Source: Patescibacteria group bacterium
GTDB taxonomy: Bacteria; Patescibacteriota; Microgenomatia; UBA10105; UBA927
Length of the DNA stretch: 64,000 nucleotides
Direction: 5' to 3'
Assembly (NCBI GenBank): GCA_018821245.1
Contig: JAHJMO010000026.1
Coordinates: forward strand, 15,518-79,517
Both the position numbers and the translations under genes were made by a program. The notes below the pieces were generated by a model that saw only the letters and a program-made list of their open reading frames with translations, did not search any database and had not been told where the DNA came from. Each line of letters opens with the position of its first letter. The stretch's first letter is position 1. This document shows, one piece after another, positions 30,160-38,008 of the stretch.

Positions 30160-30714
30160 ATGAATATCTATACCCGCGCCGGCGACAAAGGATTTACTTC
30201 TATTTTTGGTGGGAAGCGAGTTTTGAAATGCCACGAGCTTGTGGATACATATGGGTTCATAGACGAGCTAAATAGTTGGGTGGGGTTGATAATTTCACAA
30301 CTTAATAAAAACGATGAAACCCGATTTTTTGTAGAAGTTCAGAAGCAACTGCTTGCTATTGGAAGTAGTCTGGCCGGCTGGAAGGGTTTGAAAAAAGAAT
30401 TAGTAGAAAAACAAATCAAGAAGATGGAGATCAAAATAGATTTGATGGAAAAAACTCTTCCTACGATAAAAAATTTTGTTCTTCCAGGCGGATCACGCGT
30501 GGGATCAATAGTTCATATTGCCAGAAGTATTTGCCGTAGGGCCGAACGACAAACCGTTTCCTTGGCACAGAAACAAATAATACAACCGGAGATCATCAAA
30601 TACCTGAATCGCCTGTCGGACTTGCTTTTTGTTTTCGCACGGTTTATAAACAGTCAGGGCGGCGTCACCGAAGTCGTTTGGTCTGGAGACGCGTCCACAG
30701 AAAAGAAACGGTAA
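30160..30714 (+). CDS. PduO-type ATP:cob(I)alamin adenosyltransferase
   Basis: N-terminal IYTRAGDKGFTSIFGG matches the PduO/MMAB ATR signature (iYTrtGDkGeTsl); about 185 aa. Confidence 0.8.
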   Translation: MNIYTRAGDKGFTSIFGGKRVLKCHELVDTYGFIDELNSWVGLIISQLNKNDETRFFVEVQKQLLAIGSSLAGWKGLKKELVEKQIKKMEIKIDLMEKTLPTIKNFVLPGGSRVGSIVHIARSICRRAERQTVSLAQKQIIQPEIIKYLNRLSDLLFVFARFINSQGGVTEVVWSGDASTEKKR

Positions 30715-30715
30715 A

Positions 30716-30870
30716 GATAAGAGGAATCCAGTGTAAATCTGGGGCTGTGCCGCAACGGTAGCCCTGTCGATGTCGTTTTACGACATAATGACCGGGGAGC
30801 CCGGAACTCATCTTTACCAAAAACAATCCCGAGCAGGAGAACTACGCGTAAGCGGAGAATGGAAAAATCT
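30716..30870 (+). promoter_or_regulatory. Cobalamin (B12) riboswitch aptamer
   Basis: GAGGAATCCAGTGTAAATCTGGGGCTGTGCCGCAACGGTAGCC aligns almost base-for-base with the conserved core of the E. coli btuB leader (GGGAAUCCAGUGCGAAUCUGGAGCUGACGCGCAGCGGUAAGG). Downstream helices GTCGTTTTACGAC and CCGGGGAGCCCGG, and a B12-box-like AATCCCGAGCAGGAG. Confidence 0.7.
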
Positions 30871-30943
30871 ACAGAATCACTAACGTACGAATAGGCAACG
30901 AGTATTCGTTCGTAGAGGTCTTTCGTAGATTTTGACATAGGAT

Positions 30944-30973
30944 CCCTCTCGGGAAAGAGAGGGTTTTTTATTT
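30944..30973 (+). terminator. Intrinsic terminator (likely riboswitch expression platform)
   Basis: CCCTCTC-GGGAAA-GAGAGGG followed by TTTTTTATTT; ends 9 nt before the ATG at 30982 with the SD AGAGGA inside/after the U-tract. Confidence 0.7.
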
Positions 30974-30981
30974 AGAGGAAT

Positions 30982-32925
30982 ATGCCATTTGCACGCGCAG
31001 AACTACCGGGTATGGGGCCACAATCATCAGGATGTTCCTGTTCTGTTGATACCGGTCTTTGGGTGAACTTATATAACGAAATTTATGATGATGTAGCAGA
31101 AAAAATGAAACAGACAGGATTGTTTTTTAACGAAGAACACGTAAAACACGAAGCGAGTAAACGATTCATGTTGCATGTTTACCTGCCAGACATAAAGAGT
31201 GTTGTTAAAGAGTGGAGAGGCGACAAGGTGATGGACGGGACAGTATATGACGTGACTAATCATGGACTGGAGATAGTATGGAAAGGTGAGAGAATAACTG
31301 CGGAGTATGAATTTGTTCTGAAGCGTCGCTCAATGGGCCTGGAAGATCCAGATGAGACACGCACGTTCTACAGAGCGCAAAAGAAAATTCTCGCCTCACC
31401 GAATGCAGATGTGTGGTTTCCGGTACACGAAAAAGCAGACGGAGAAGACCGCATACGGTATGCGGCCCACTGGGTGCGGGACGGCAATCGCGTACGCGCG
31501 GAAACGCACCGTATAGCAGGTGACCGGGATTTAAGCCTAAAAGAAGCGCGTCAGGTCATACGAGAAAAGGTCGGCTCATATGCGCCGCATGAGACAAGCA
31601 AGACAGATGCGTCGTTTGTGTTTTCCAACATTCAGGAGGCGGATCATAGGAGGAAAACCTTGCAAGCGCAATATGATCACAACATAAAACAGCAGAAAGA
31701 TATCATTTCACCACAGGATATTGACATAAAGATGGTTCACGTCGAAAAAATATACAACCCCAACCGTCAAGTTGATGCGTATCCGGCCGAACATCGGGTA
31801 ATTCGTGATGCAGCCGACACTTTATTACATTCTTCTCAACGTATAACAAAAGACACTACGACAGCGAGTGTAGCGTTTGCTTCTTTTTTGCGTGAATCGT
31901 TCAGGAAAAAAAAGAGAATTGATGCCCGAAGTACCATAAAAAATATTGAGAGCAGGCGACAGCAGAAAGCAAAAGAAAAGTTCATATCACAGAAAATTTT
32001 GTCGTTCTTTCGTCAATCGCAACCAGAAAGACCGGAAGGAAAAATTCGCCACAAGGTAGCCCACTGGATGCGTCGTTTAGAAAACAACGTGGACACACAG
32101 CATGTTGTTCATGCCGTAGCGAACATGTCAGCTGGTATAAGAAAGAAAATTGTGTTGTTGAGTGATATAGTTTCAAAATTTTTTCCTTGGACGAGGGGCG
32201 CGACAGGAACATTGGAAGGCGGAGCTGCAAAACGCAGGACACAATCTATAAAGGAGAAACAAGGAGAGAGGGAAAGAGAGTTTAAAAAAGCCGGTTGGTT
32301 TATAAAGCTGTTCAAAAGAGAGAACGATAAGCAAGCAGTAGAGGAACATTGGAATATTATCTGCAAAGTGCAACCGTTGAAGGCAGAAAAAATATCGCCG
32401 TTTTACACAATGCTTCGTGCGCTGGCTGCAAAGCTTCAAATATTTCCCGTCGCTTCCAAGCGGGAGGGAATAGAAATTACCACACAACAGGTCAAAGAAA
32501 AACAAGAGCTGATGTCAGAAGAGATGCTTCCGGAAGACAATCACCTTGTTCGGGAGAAGTCAATAGATATGTTTGAAACAACAAGCGACTTTTTTGTTTC
32601 AGCTCTCTTATGGTATGTATTGTATGAAGCAGATGTAGTCAATTTCGACGCGCAGAACCCCAGTCTTGTTGATGAGAAAAATATTAATGTATCGATACAT
32701 CAATATAAGACAGAAAAATTGGTGCAGAGTACAGCAGGTGGAAATTGGATTCTGTTTTCTATTATTTGGTATCTGGCGATGATCCGCGAACAAGGGAAAA
32801 GACAAGGCGTGAAACAAAAGAAAAAAGGAGGATCGAAGAAAAAGACGATTATTTGGGATAGAAACACAACAAACCCACCGGCGATACTTCCGCAACACAA
32901 TATAATATTTGTTTTTCGTTCGTGA
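30982..32925 (+). CDS. Hypothetical 647-aa protein, highly charged, two C-terminal TM helices
   Basis: Long ORF immediately after the riboswitch and terminator; K/R/E/Q-rich; hydrophobic segments FFVSALLWYVLY and NWILFSIIWYLAMI near the C-terminus; no known domain recognised. Confidence 0.5.
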   Translation: MPFARAELPGMGPQSSGCSCSVDTGLWVNLYNEIYDDVAEKMKQTGLFFNEEHVKHEASKRFMLHVYLPDIKSVVKEWRGDKVMDGTVYDVTNHGLEIVWKGERITAEYEFVLKRRSMGLEDPDETRTFYRAQKKILASPNADVWFPVHEKADGEDRIRYAAHWVRDGNRVRAETHRIAGDRDLSLKEARQVIREKVGSYAPHETSKTDASFVFSNIQEADHRRKTLQAQYDHNIKQQKDIISPQDIDIKMVHVEKIYNPNRQVDAYPAEHRVIRDAADTLLHSSQRITKDTTTASVAFASFLRESFRKKKRIDARSTIKNIESRRQQKAKEKFISQKILSFFRQSQPERPEGKIRHKVAHWMRRLENNVDTQHVVHAVANMSAGIRKKIVLLSDIVSKFFPWTRGATGTLEGGAAKRRTQSIKEKQGEREREFKKAGWFIKLFKRENDKQAVEEHWNIICKVQPLKAEKISPFYTMLRALAAKLQIFPVASKREGIEITTQQVKEKQELMSEEMLPEDNHLVREKSIDMFETTSDFFVSALLWYVLYEADVVNFDAQNPSLVDEKNINVSIHQYKTEKLVQSTAGGNWILFSIIWYLAMIREQGKRQGVKQKKKGGSKKKTIIWDRNTTNPPAILPQHNIIFVFRS

Positions 32926-32943
32926 TATGATGAAGATATTCTT

Positions 32944-33405
32944 ATGAACAATCTGCCCGATGATACTCAAATTCGCGCGAACAATACTCCGCCGGGGACT
33001 AACAACACGGCTTCGCAGACGGCGCCATCCGCCGGAGGCGCGTTTCTTAAGGAAGTTGAGAGGCCTTCCGCGGTTTCTTCTGAGGTGTCGATACGCCCCG
33101 CCACAGCAGAGACAGAATTACCGAAAGAGGTAGCGTCGGCAGGAGTGACGTTGAGACCCACAAGTGTCCCGATTCCGCCGAAGCTATCGCAAATGGGTGT
33201 TAAGCCTGCGGGAAACAATGTACCCACGCAGCCCAAGGCAACAACTGTCGCCCTGCCGCTTACCGATGACCAGATCGCTCAAGGGCTCCATCAGGGAATA
33301 ATGAGCTCATGGAGATGGCTTGCACAGTGGTGTCTTCGCCGCCTGAAACAATTACACGTTGGACTGAAAGCAATGCACGGGAAGTTAACAAGGGTTCGCG
33401 CGTAA
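32944..33405 (+). CDS. Hypothetical Pro/Thr/Ala-rich protein
   Basis: Low-complexity 153-aa ORF with a C-terminal amphipathic W/R-rich helix; stop TAA 3 nt before the next ATG (translationally coupled). Confidence 0.4.
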   Translation: MNNLPDDTQIRANNTPPGTNNTASQTAPSAGGAFLKEVERPSAVSSEVSIRPATAETELPKEVASAGVTLRPTSVPIPPKLSQMGVKPAGNNVPTQPKATTVALPLTDDQIAQGLHQGIMSSWRWLAQWCLRRLKQLHVGLKAMHGKLTRVRA

Positions 33406-33407
33406 CC

Positions 33408-35756
33408 ATGTCAGAACAATTATTAGATCTTACCTATCGTTTGGAGATGTTTGGAATAAGTCTCCTGTTTATCGCCTTGTTTCTGGCGGGGATGGCGCTT
33501 CTGGCCTACGGCGTGTTTTTGCTGTGGAAATACCGCGACAGAGAAAAGCAATCGCTTGAGTACGCGCTTCTTCAGGTGGCGGTGCCGCGCGACAATGAAA
33601 TAAAAATAGACGCATCCGAGCAAATGTTTGCAAGTCTGCATGGTATATATCACGGTGGTTTTTGGTCGTTTCTTACGCCGTCTCCGCATCTGTCGTTTGA
33701 GATTGTGGCGAAAAAAGAAGATATCCGGTTCTATATTTCTGTTCCGCGCAAATTTACGGATTTGGTCGAAAAACAAATTCACGGCGCTTATCCCGGAGCG
33801 GATATAAGGACAGTGGATGAGTATTCTATTTTTTCCGAAAAAGGCAATGTAGCCTTTGCAGCACTGCGACTGAAAAACCCAGACTATTTGCCTATCCGCA
33901 TCTTTCGGGATCTGCCGGTTGATCCTCTTTCGTCTATTACATCTGTTCTTGCCAAAATGCAGGAGGGTGAAGGAGCGGCAATTCAAATACTCGTCCAGCC
34001 CACGGGAGGAAAATGGCGAAACATAGGAAGGTCATATATTTCCAAGGTGAAGAAAAATGAGGCAAACCCGGAAAAAGCAAGCTTTAAAGTGGATCAAAAG
34101 TCCCTGGAGGCGATAGAACAAAAAACCAGCAAACCTGGCTTCAACGTCGTTGTCAGGATCGTTGTGTCTTCTGGGACGAAGGAATCGGCAGACATTCATT
34201 TGGAGAACATCCTTTCCTCGTTCTACCAGTTTACATCGGATCATAATGCATTTACCAAGGTCAAGCACCCCATAAAAAAATTATTCATGCTGGATTTTAT
34301 CTACAGGTATTTTCCGATTTGGAATTTTCCGTTCTTTCGTCAATATAGCGTGCTTAATAGTGATGAGTTGGCTACGGTATACCATTTGCCGAATAAATTC
34401 GTAGAAACGCCGCACGTTTTTTGGTTGAACGCCAAGCGTGCGCCAGCCCCATCACAAATCCCCTCAAGCGGGCTGTTTATAGGTGCTTCGCAATACCGAG
34501 GAGTTGACCGCCCGATTTACGTAGGCGACGACGACCGAAGGCGCCATACATATATCATTGGTAAGACAGGAACAGGTAAAACACAACTTCTGGAAGAGTT
34601 GGTTATGCAGGATATTTCCGCTGGTCGGGGGGTAGCTGTCATAGATCCGCATGGAGACCTGATCGACGGAATATTGTGCCGTATGCCGCCGGAGCGGGCA
34701 GAAGATGTAATCTATTTTGACCCGTCCGACACCGAGCGACCCATGGGGCTTAACATGCTTGAGTCATACACAGAGGAACAGAAGCATTATGTGGTAACGT
34801 CGATTGTCGGGCTTATGTACAAGTTGTATGATCCGATGAAAACAGGCATCATCGGCCCGCGTTTTGAGCACGCCATCAGGAATGCGATGCTCACGGTTAT
34901 GTGTGAGCCGGGGAATACATTTGTCGAAGTAGTCCGGGTGCTCACAGACAGTTCATTCGTTCAGGAATTGCTTCCCAAAGTGGACGATCCGGTTATTCGC
35001 CGTTATTGGACTGACCAGATTGCGCAAACCGCTGATTTTCATAAGTCCGAGGTATTGGACTATATCGTTTCGAAATTCGGCCGGTTCGTGACCAATAAAC
35101 TCATGCGCAACATCATCGGCCAGTCTAAATCATCATTCGATTTCCGTAAAGTTATGGATGAGGGCAAGGTGTTGCTGGTAAATTTGGCAAAGGGGAAAAT
35201 CGGTGAGGAGAATAGCAATTTCTTGGGTCTTATTATCGTTCCAAAGATTCTGATAGCCGCCATGAGCAGGCAGGAAGTGGCAGAAGAAAAACGGCGCGAC
35301 TTTTACCTCTATGTCGATGAGTTTCAGAATTTCGCAACGCCGGACTTTGCCCAGATTCTTTCAGAGGCCAGAAAGTATAAGCTCAACCTGATCGTTGCTA
35401 ACCAGTTTATCGGTCAGATGGAGGAAGAAGTAAAGAATGCTGTATTTGGTAACGTTGGGACACTCATCGCGTTCCGCGTGGGTGTGACGGACGCTAACTA
35501 CCTGCAGCATGAGTATCAGCCGACGTTTAATGAAATCGACCTTATCAATATCGATAAGTACAACGCATATGTCAAAACTATCGTGAATAATGAACCGGTT
35601 AAACCGTTTAGCCTGGATCTTACGAAAGACATGGGGAGGATCTATCAAACCCGCAATCCGCAGGTAGCCAAAGCAATTATTCAACTGTCGCGCCTGAAGT
35701 ACGGCAGGTCCAGGGAGTTGATCGAGGCGGAAATTGCGCATCGCGCGCGTTTATAG
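33408..35756 (+). CDS. VirD4/TraG/TraD-family (type IV coupling protein-like) membrane ATPase
   Basis: N-terminal TM helix; Walker A IGKTGTGKT; AVIDPHGDL (TraG/TrwB-type); Walker B FYLYVDEF; C-terminal TraD/TraG-like region. Confidence 0.6.
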   Translation: MSEQLLDLTYRLEMFGISLLFIALFLAGMALLAYGVFLLWKYRDREKQSLEYALLQVAVPRDNEIKIDASEQMFASLHGIYHGGFWSFLTPSPHLSFEIVAKKEDIRFYISVPRKFTDLVEKQIHGAYPGADIRTVDEYSIFSEKGNVAFAALRLKNPDYLPIRIFRDLPVDPLSSITSVLAKMQEGEGAAIQILVQPTGGKWRNIGRSYISKVKKNEANPEKASFKVDQKSLEAIEQKTSKPGFNVVVRIVVSSGTKESADIHLENILSSFYQFTSDHNAFTKVKHPIKKLFMLDFIYRYFPIWNFPFFRQYSVLNSDELATVYHLPNKFVETPHVFWLNAKRAPAPSQIPSSGLFIGASQYRGVDRPIYVGDDDRRRHTYIIGKTGTGKTQLLEELVMQDISAGRGVAVIDPHGDLIDGILCRMPPERAEDVIYFDPSDTERPMGLNMLESYTEEQKHYVVTSIVGLMYKLYDPMKTGIIGPRFEHAIRNAMLTVMCEPGNTFVEVVRVLTDSSFVQELLPKVDDPVIRRYWTDQIAQTADFHKSEVLDYIVSKFGRFVTNKLMRNIIGQSKSSFDFRKVMDEGKVLLVNLAKGKIGEENSNFLGLIIVPKILIAAMSRQEVAEEKRRDFYLYVDEFQNFATPDFAQILSEARKYKLNLIVANQFIGQMEEEVKNAVFGNVGTLIAFRVGVTDANYLQHEYQPTFNEIDLINIDKYNAYVKTIVNNEPVKPFSLDLTKDMGRIYQTRNPQVAKAIIQLSRLKYGRSRELIEAEIAHRARL

Positions 35757-35813
35757 CCGGTCGTTGCCAAACTCCTTCTTTACAAAATTTACCAATGCGG
35801 TATTCTACATTTC

Positions 35814-37169
35814 ATGATTGTTTATATCAGCAACGTATCAGAAGACGTATGGCCGTTTATTAGCTCCATATCCCAGGCGCAGGCGCGTGAGTTTGAAATT
35901 CAGGAGAATGCCAATCTGGCAGAGCGCGACCTTTTTTCGTTCCCTGGCGAGGATCACTTTCTTTTCGTCTCTCCCCGGTCTATCAGCCGGACCTTTCTGG
36001 ATTATTACATAGGATTATTCGGTAATAAGCATCTTTCTGTCTCAACGCCCAAGGTCCATACAGGAGTTATTTGTGAGGATATTCTGGCGGATGACGATGT
36101 CATGGATGAAATAGCGATTGCCGCAAACGGGGCCAAGCGATTAACACTTGTTTCCTACACCGCCTCACCACAGTTTTTGGCGCTTGTGTCGGAACTTCGA
36201 AAGAAAGGTTTTAACGTGTACACTCCTGAAGCACCGGAGCAGGAGGACGCATGGACGGTAAACTTTTTCGGCAGCAAGTCCGGGATACGTCAGCTTGCGC
36301 AGAAAAGTGCGGCAGTTGAACCGGACTTCGTCATGGCGGACGGCTTGGTTTGTTCGGGTATAGGAGACGCGGCGAAAATCGCAGCAAAAAAATATATTCG
36401 CGAAAAAGGCGTTGTCGTCAAAACCAATAAAGGGCATTCAGGCGCAGGAGTACTCATTTTCCGGCAGGGAGATTTGCCCGAGAATTACGATGAGTGCGAG
36501 GAACAGATAAAAACCACGCTTTCCCGTGACGGGTATTGGGAAAAATTCCCAATTGTCATTGAGAGTTTTGTAAAAGAAAACCGTGCGGTGGCCGGAGGAT
36601 TTCCAAATGTTGAGTTTAAGATTGCCAAACACGGTGAAGTGGAGTTCCTCTACTACTGCGCGCTTAGGGTGACGCCGGAGGGGGTATTTAAGGGGATAGA
36701 AATTCAAGATGAAGCAGTGTCGGATAAGCTCGGAGCACGCATGATGGATACGGGATTCTATGTAGGCGAGCAATATGCCTCTTACGGATATCGGGGATAT
36801 TTTGACGTGGACTTTGTCGCCAGTCGAAACGGACAACTGTATGTGACGGAGTCCAATACGCGGCGGACAGGGGGAACGCACGTGTATGAAACAACAAAAG
36901 CTCTATTTGGGAAAAACTTTATGACCGAGGTATATACATTGTCAAACAATATCTATCCATTGCCGAAACGGAAACAGATTTTTTTGGAAAATCTTTTAAA
37001 CGCGCTTTCGCCGATACTGTTTGACAAAAAAAGCAAAGAAGGTTTGATCGTCGCTTCTGAGCACATCTTAAACCAGGGGGCTTTTTCCTACATCATCTAC
37101 GGCCAGACGAAAAAGCGCGCTCTTGCCATCGAGGAAAAAATGGAAGAGATTGTACAAAAGTTAGTCTAA
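35814..37169 (+). CDS. ATP-grasp fold protein
   Basis: KGHSGAGV (P-loop-like), ...E-x-N-x-R (VTESNTRRTGG) catalytic loop typical of ATP-grasp ligases; 451 aa. Confidence 0.45.
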   Translation: MIVYISNVSEDVWPFISSISQAQAREFEIQENANLAERDLFSFPGEDHFLFVSPRSISRTFLDYYIGLFGNKHLSVSTPKVHTGVICEDILADDDVMDEIAIAANGAKRLTLVSYTASPQFLALVSELRKKGFNVYTPEAPEQEDAWTVNFFGSKSGIRQLAQKSAAVEPDFVMADGLVCSGIGDAAKIAAKKYIREKGVVVKTNKGHSGAGVLIFRQGDLPENYDECEEQIKTTLSRDGYWEKFPIVIESFVKENRAVAGGFPNVEFKIAKHGEVEFLYYCALRVTPEGVFKGIEIQDEAVSDKLGARMMDTGFYVGEQYASYGYRGYFDVDFVASRNGQLYVTESNTRRTGGTHVYETTKALFGKNFMTEVYTLSNNIYPLPKRKQIFLENLLNALSPILFDKKSKEGLIVASEHILNQGAFSYIIYGQTKKRALAIEEKMEEIVQKLV

Positions 37170-37234
37170 GAACCGCGTGCTCCATTCCGGTTTCATCGCA
37201 ATTTTTCCGCTGATTTAGTACAATGATATCCGAC

Positions 37235-37306
37235 GCGCCCGTAGCTCAGCGGAAGAGCGCGTGTCTTATAAACACGAGGTGCTTGGATCGTCACCAAGCG
37301 GGCGCA
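37235..37306 (+). tRNA. tRNA-Ile (anticodon UAU, reads AUA)
   Basis: Cloverleaf: acceptor GCGCCCG/CGGGCGC (7 bp), D-arm GCTC/GAGC, anticodon stem CGTGT/ACACG with loop CTTATAA (anticodon TAT), 5-nt variable loop, T-arm CTTGG/CCAAG, discriminator A, no encoded CCA. T-loop ATCGTCA is non-canonical (A54/T58), so a tRNAscan check is needed. Confidence 0.6.
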
Positions 37307-37307
37307 C

Positions 37308-37343
37308 AATATTAAACAAATTAACAATTAACAATTAACAATG
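37308..37343 (+). repeat. Tandem heptamer array AATTAAC x4 between tRNA 3' end and the idi start codon
   Basis: attaaac aaattaac aattaac aattaac aATG; the last unit supplies the idi ATG context. Confidence 0.75.
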
Positions 37344-37901
37344 ATCGAGTTAGTTATATTAGTAGATGAGCAGAATAACCAGATTGGCACGGCCGCGAAA
37401 GATACAGTGCACACAAAACATACTCCTTTACATCGCGCGTTTTCATTATTTCTGTTTAACAGTAAAAAAGAATTATTGATCACCCAACGGGCAAAAACAA
37501 AAAAAACGTTCCCCGGTGTCTGGACCAATACGGTTTGCGGCCATCCTGCGCCAGAAGAATCGATTCTGGACGCGGCACGACGCAGACTAAAGGAAGAATT
37601 GGGGATTGTTAGAACAACTAAAACGAGGCCTGGCCTCGGAAGGAGCGACAATACGCTCCCGGCGATTACTGAAGTAACTCAATATAGGTATCGTTTTGCA
37701 GACAAAAACGGTACCGTCGAAAACGAAATCTGTCCGATTTTGGTTACTTACGCAGACATTGATCCTAAGCCAAATCCATTGGAAATCGATGATTGGAAGT
37801 GGATGCCATGGAATGAATTTCTTAAAGATATTAAAACGAATAAAGACAAATATTCCCCTTGGTGCCGCGAAGAAGCGCAAATCCTTGCCCCCTTTATTTA
37901 A
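37341..37901 (+). CDS. idi: Isopentenyl-diphosphate delta-isomerase, type 1 (Nudix)
   Basis: LHRAFSLFLFN ... TFPGVWTNTVCGHP matches the IDI-1 signature (TNTCCSHP) and Nudix fold. Confidence 0.85.
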   Translation: MIELVILVDEQNNQIGTAAKDTVHTKHTPLHRAFSLFLFNSKKELLITQRAKTKKTFPGVWTNTVCGHPAPEESILDAARRRLKEELGIVRTTKTRPGLGRSDNTLPAITEVTQYRYRFADKNGTVENEICPILVTYADIDPKPNPLEIDDWKWMPWNEFLKDIKTNKDKYSPWCREEAQILAPFI

Positions 37902-37919
37902 CTTGTAGCTTGATGTAAA

Positions 37920-37957
37920 GCCACGACAAAATTCCGCTCGAGCGAGTGTTTGTCGTG
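37920..37957. terminator. Strong hairpin between convergent idi and tsaD (candidate bidirectional terminator)
   Basis: CCACGACAAA...TTTGTCGTGG 10-bp perfect stem with an 18-nt loop containing the palindrome GCTCGAGC; no clear U-tract. Confidence 0.35.
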
Positions 37958-38008
37958 GAGAATGTTTGACAAAAGCTAGGTGGCACGACATTGTTTGCTC
38001 TTGGCCGA

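Noticed and set aside
37170-37345. Integrative element at the tRNA-Ile 3' end (the VirD4-like gene is nearby)
   Set aside because: No integrase/recombinase, no att-like repeat of the tRNA 3' end downstream. Genes immediately 3' of the tRNA are housekeeping (idi, tsaD). The VirD4-like cluster lies on the 5' side.
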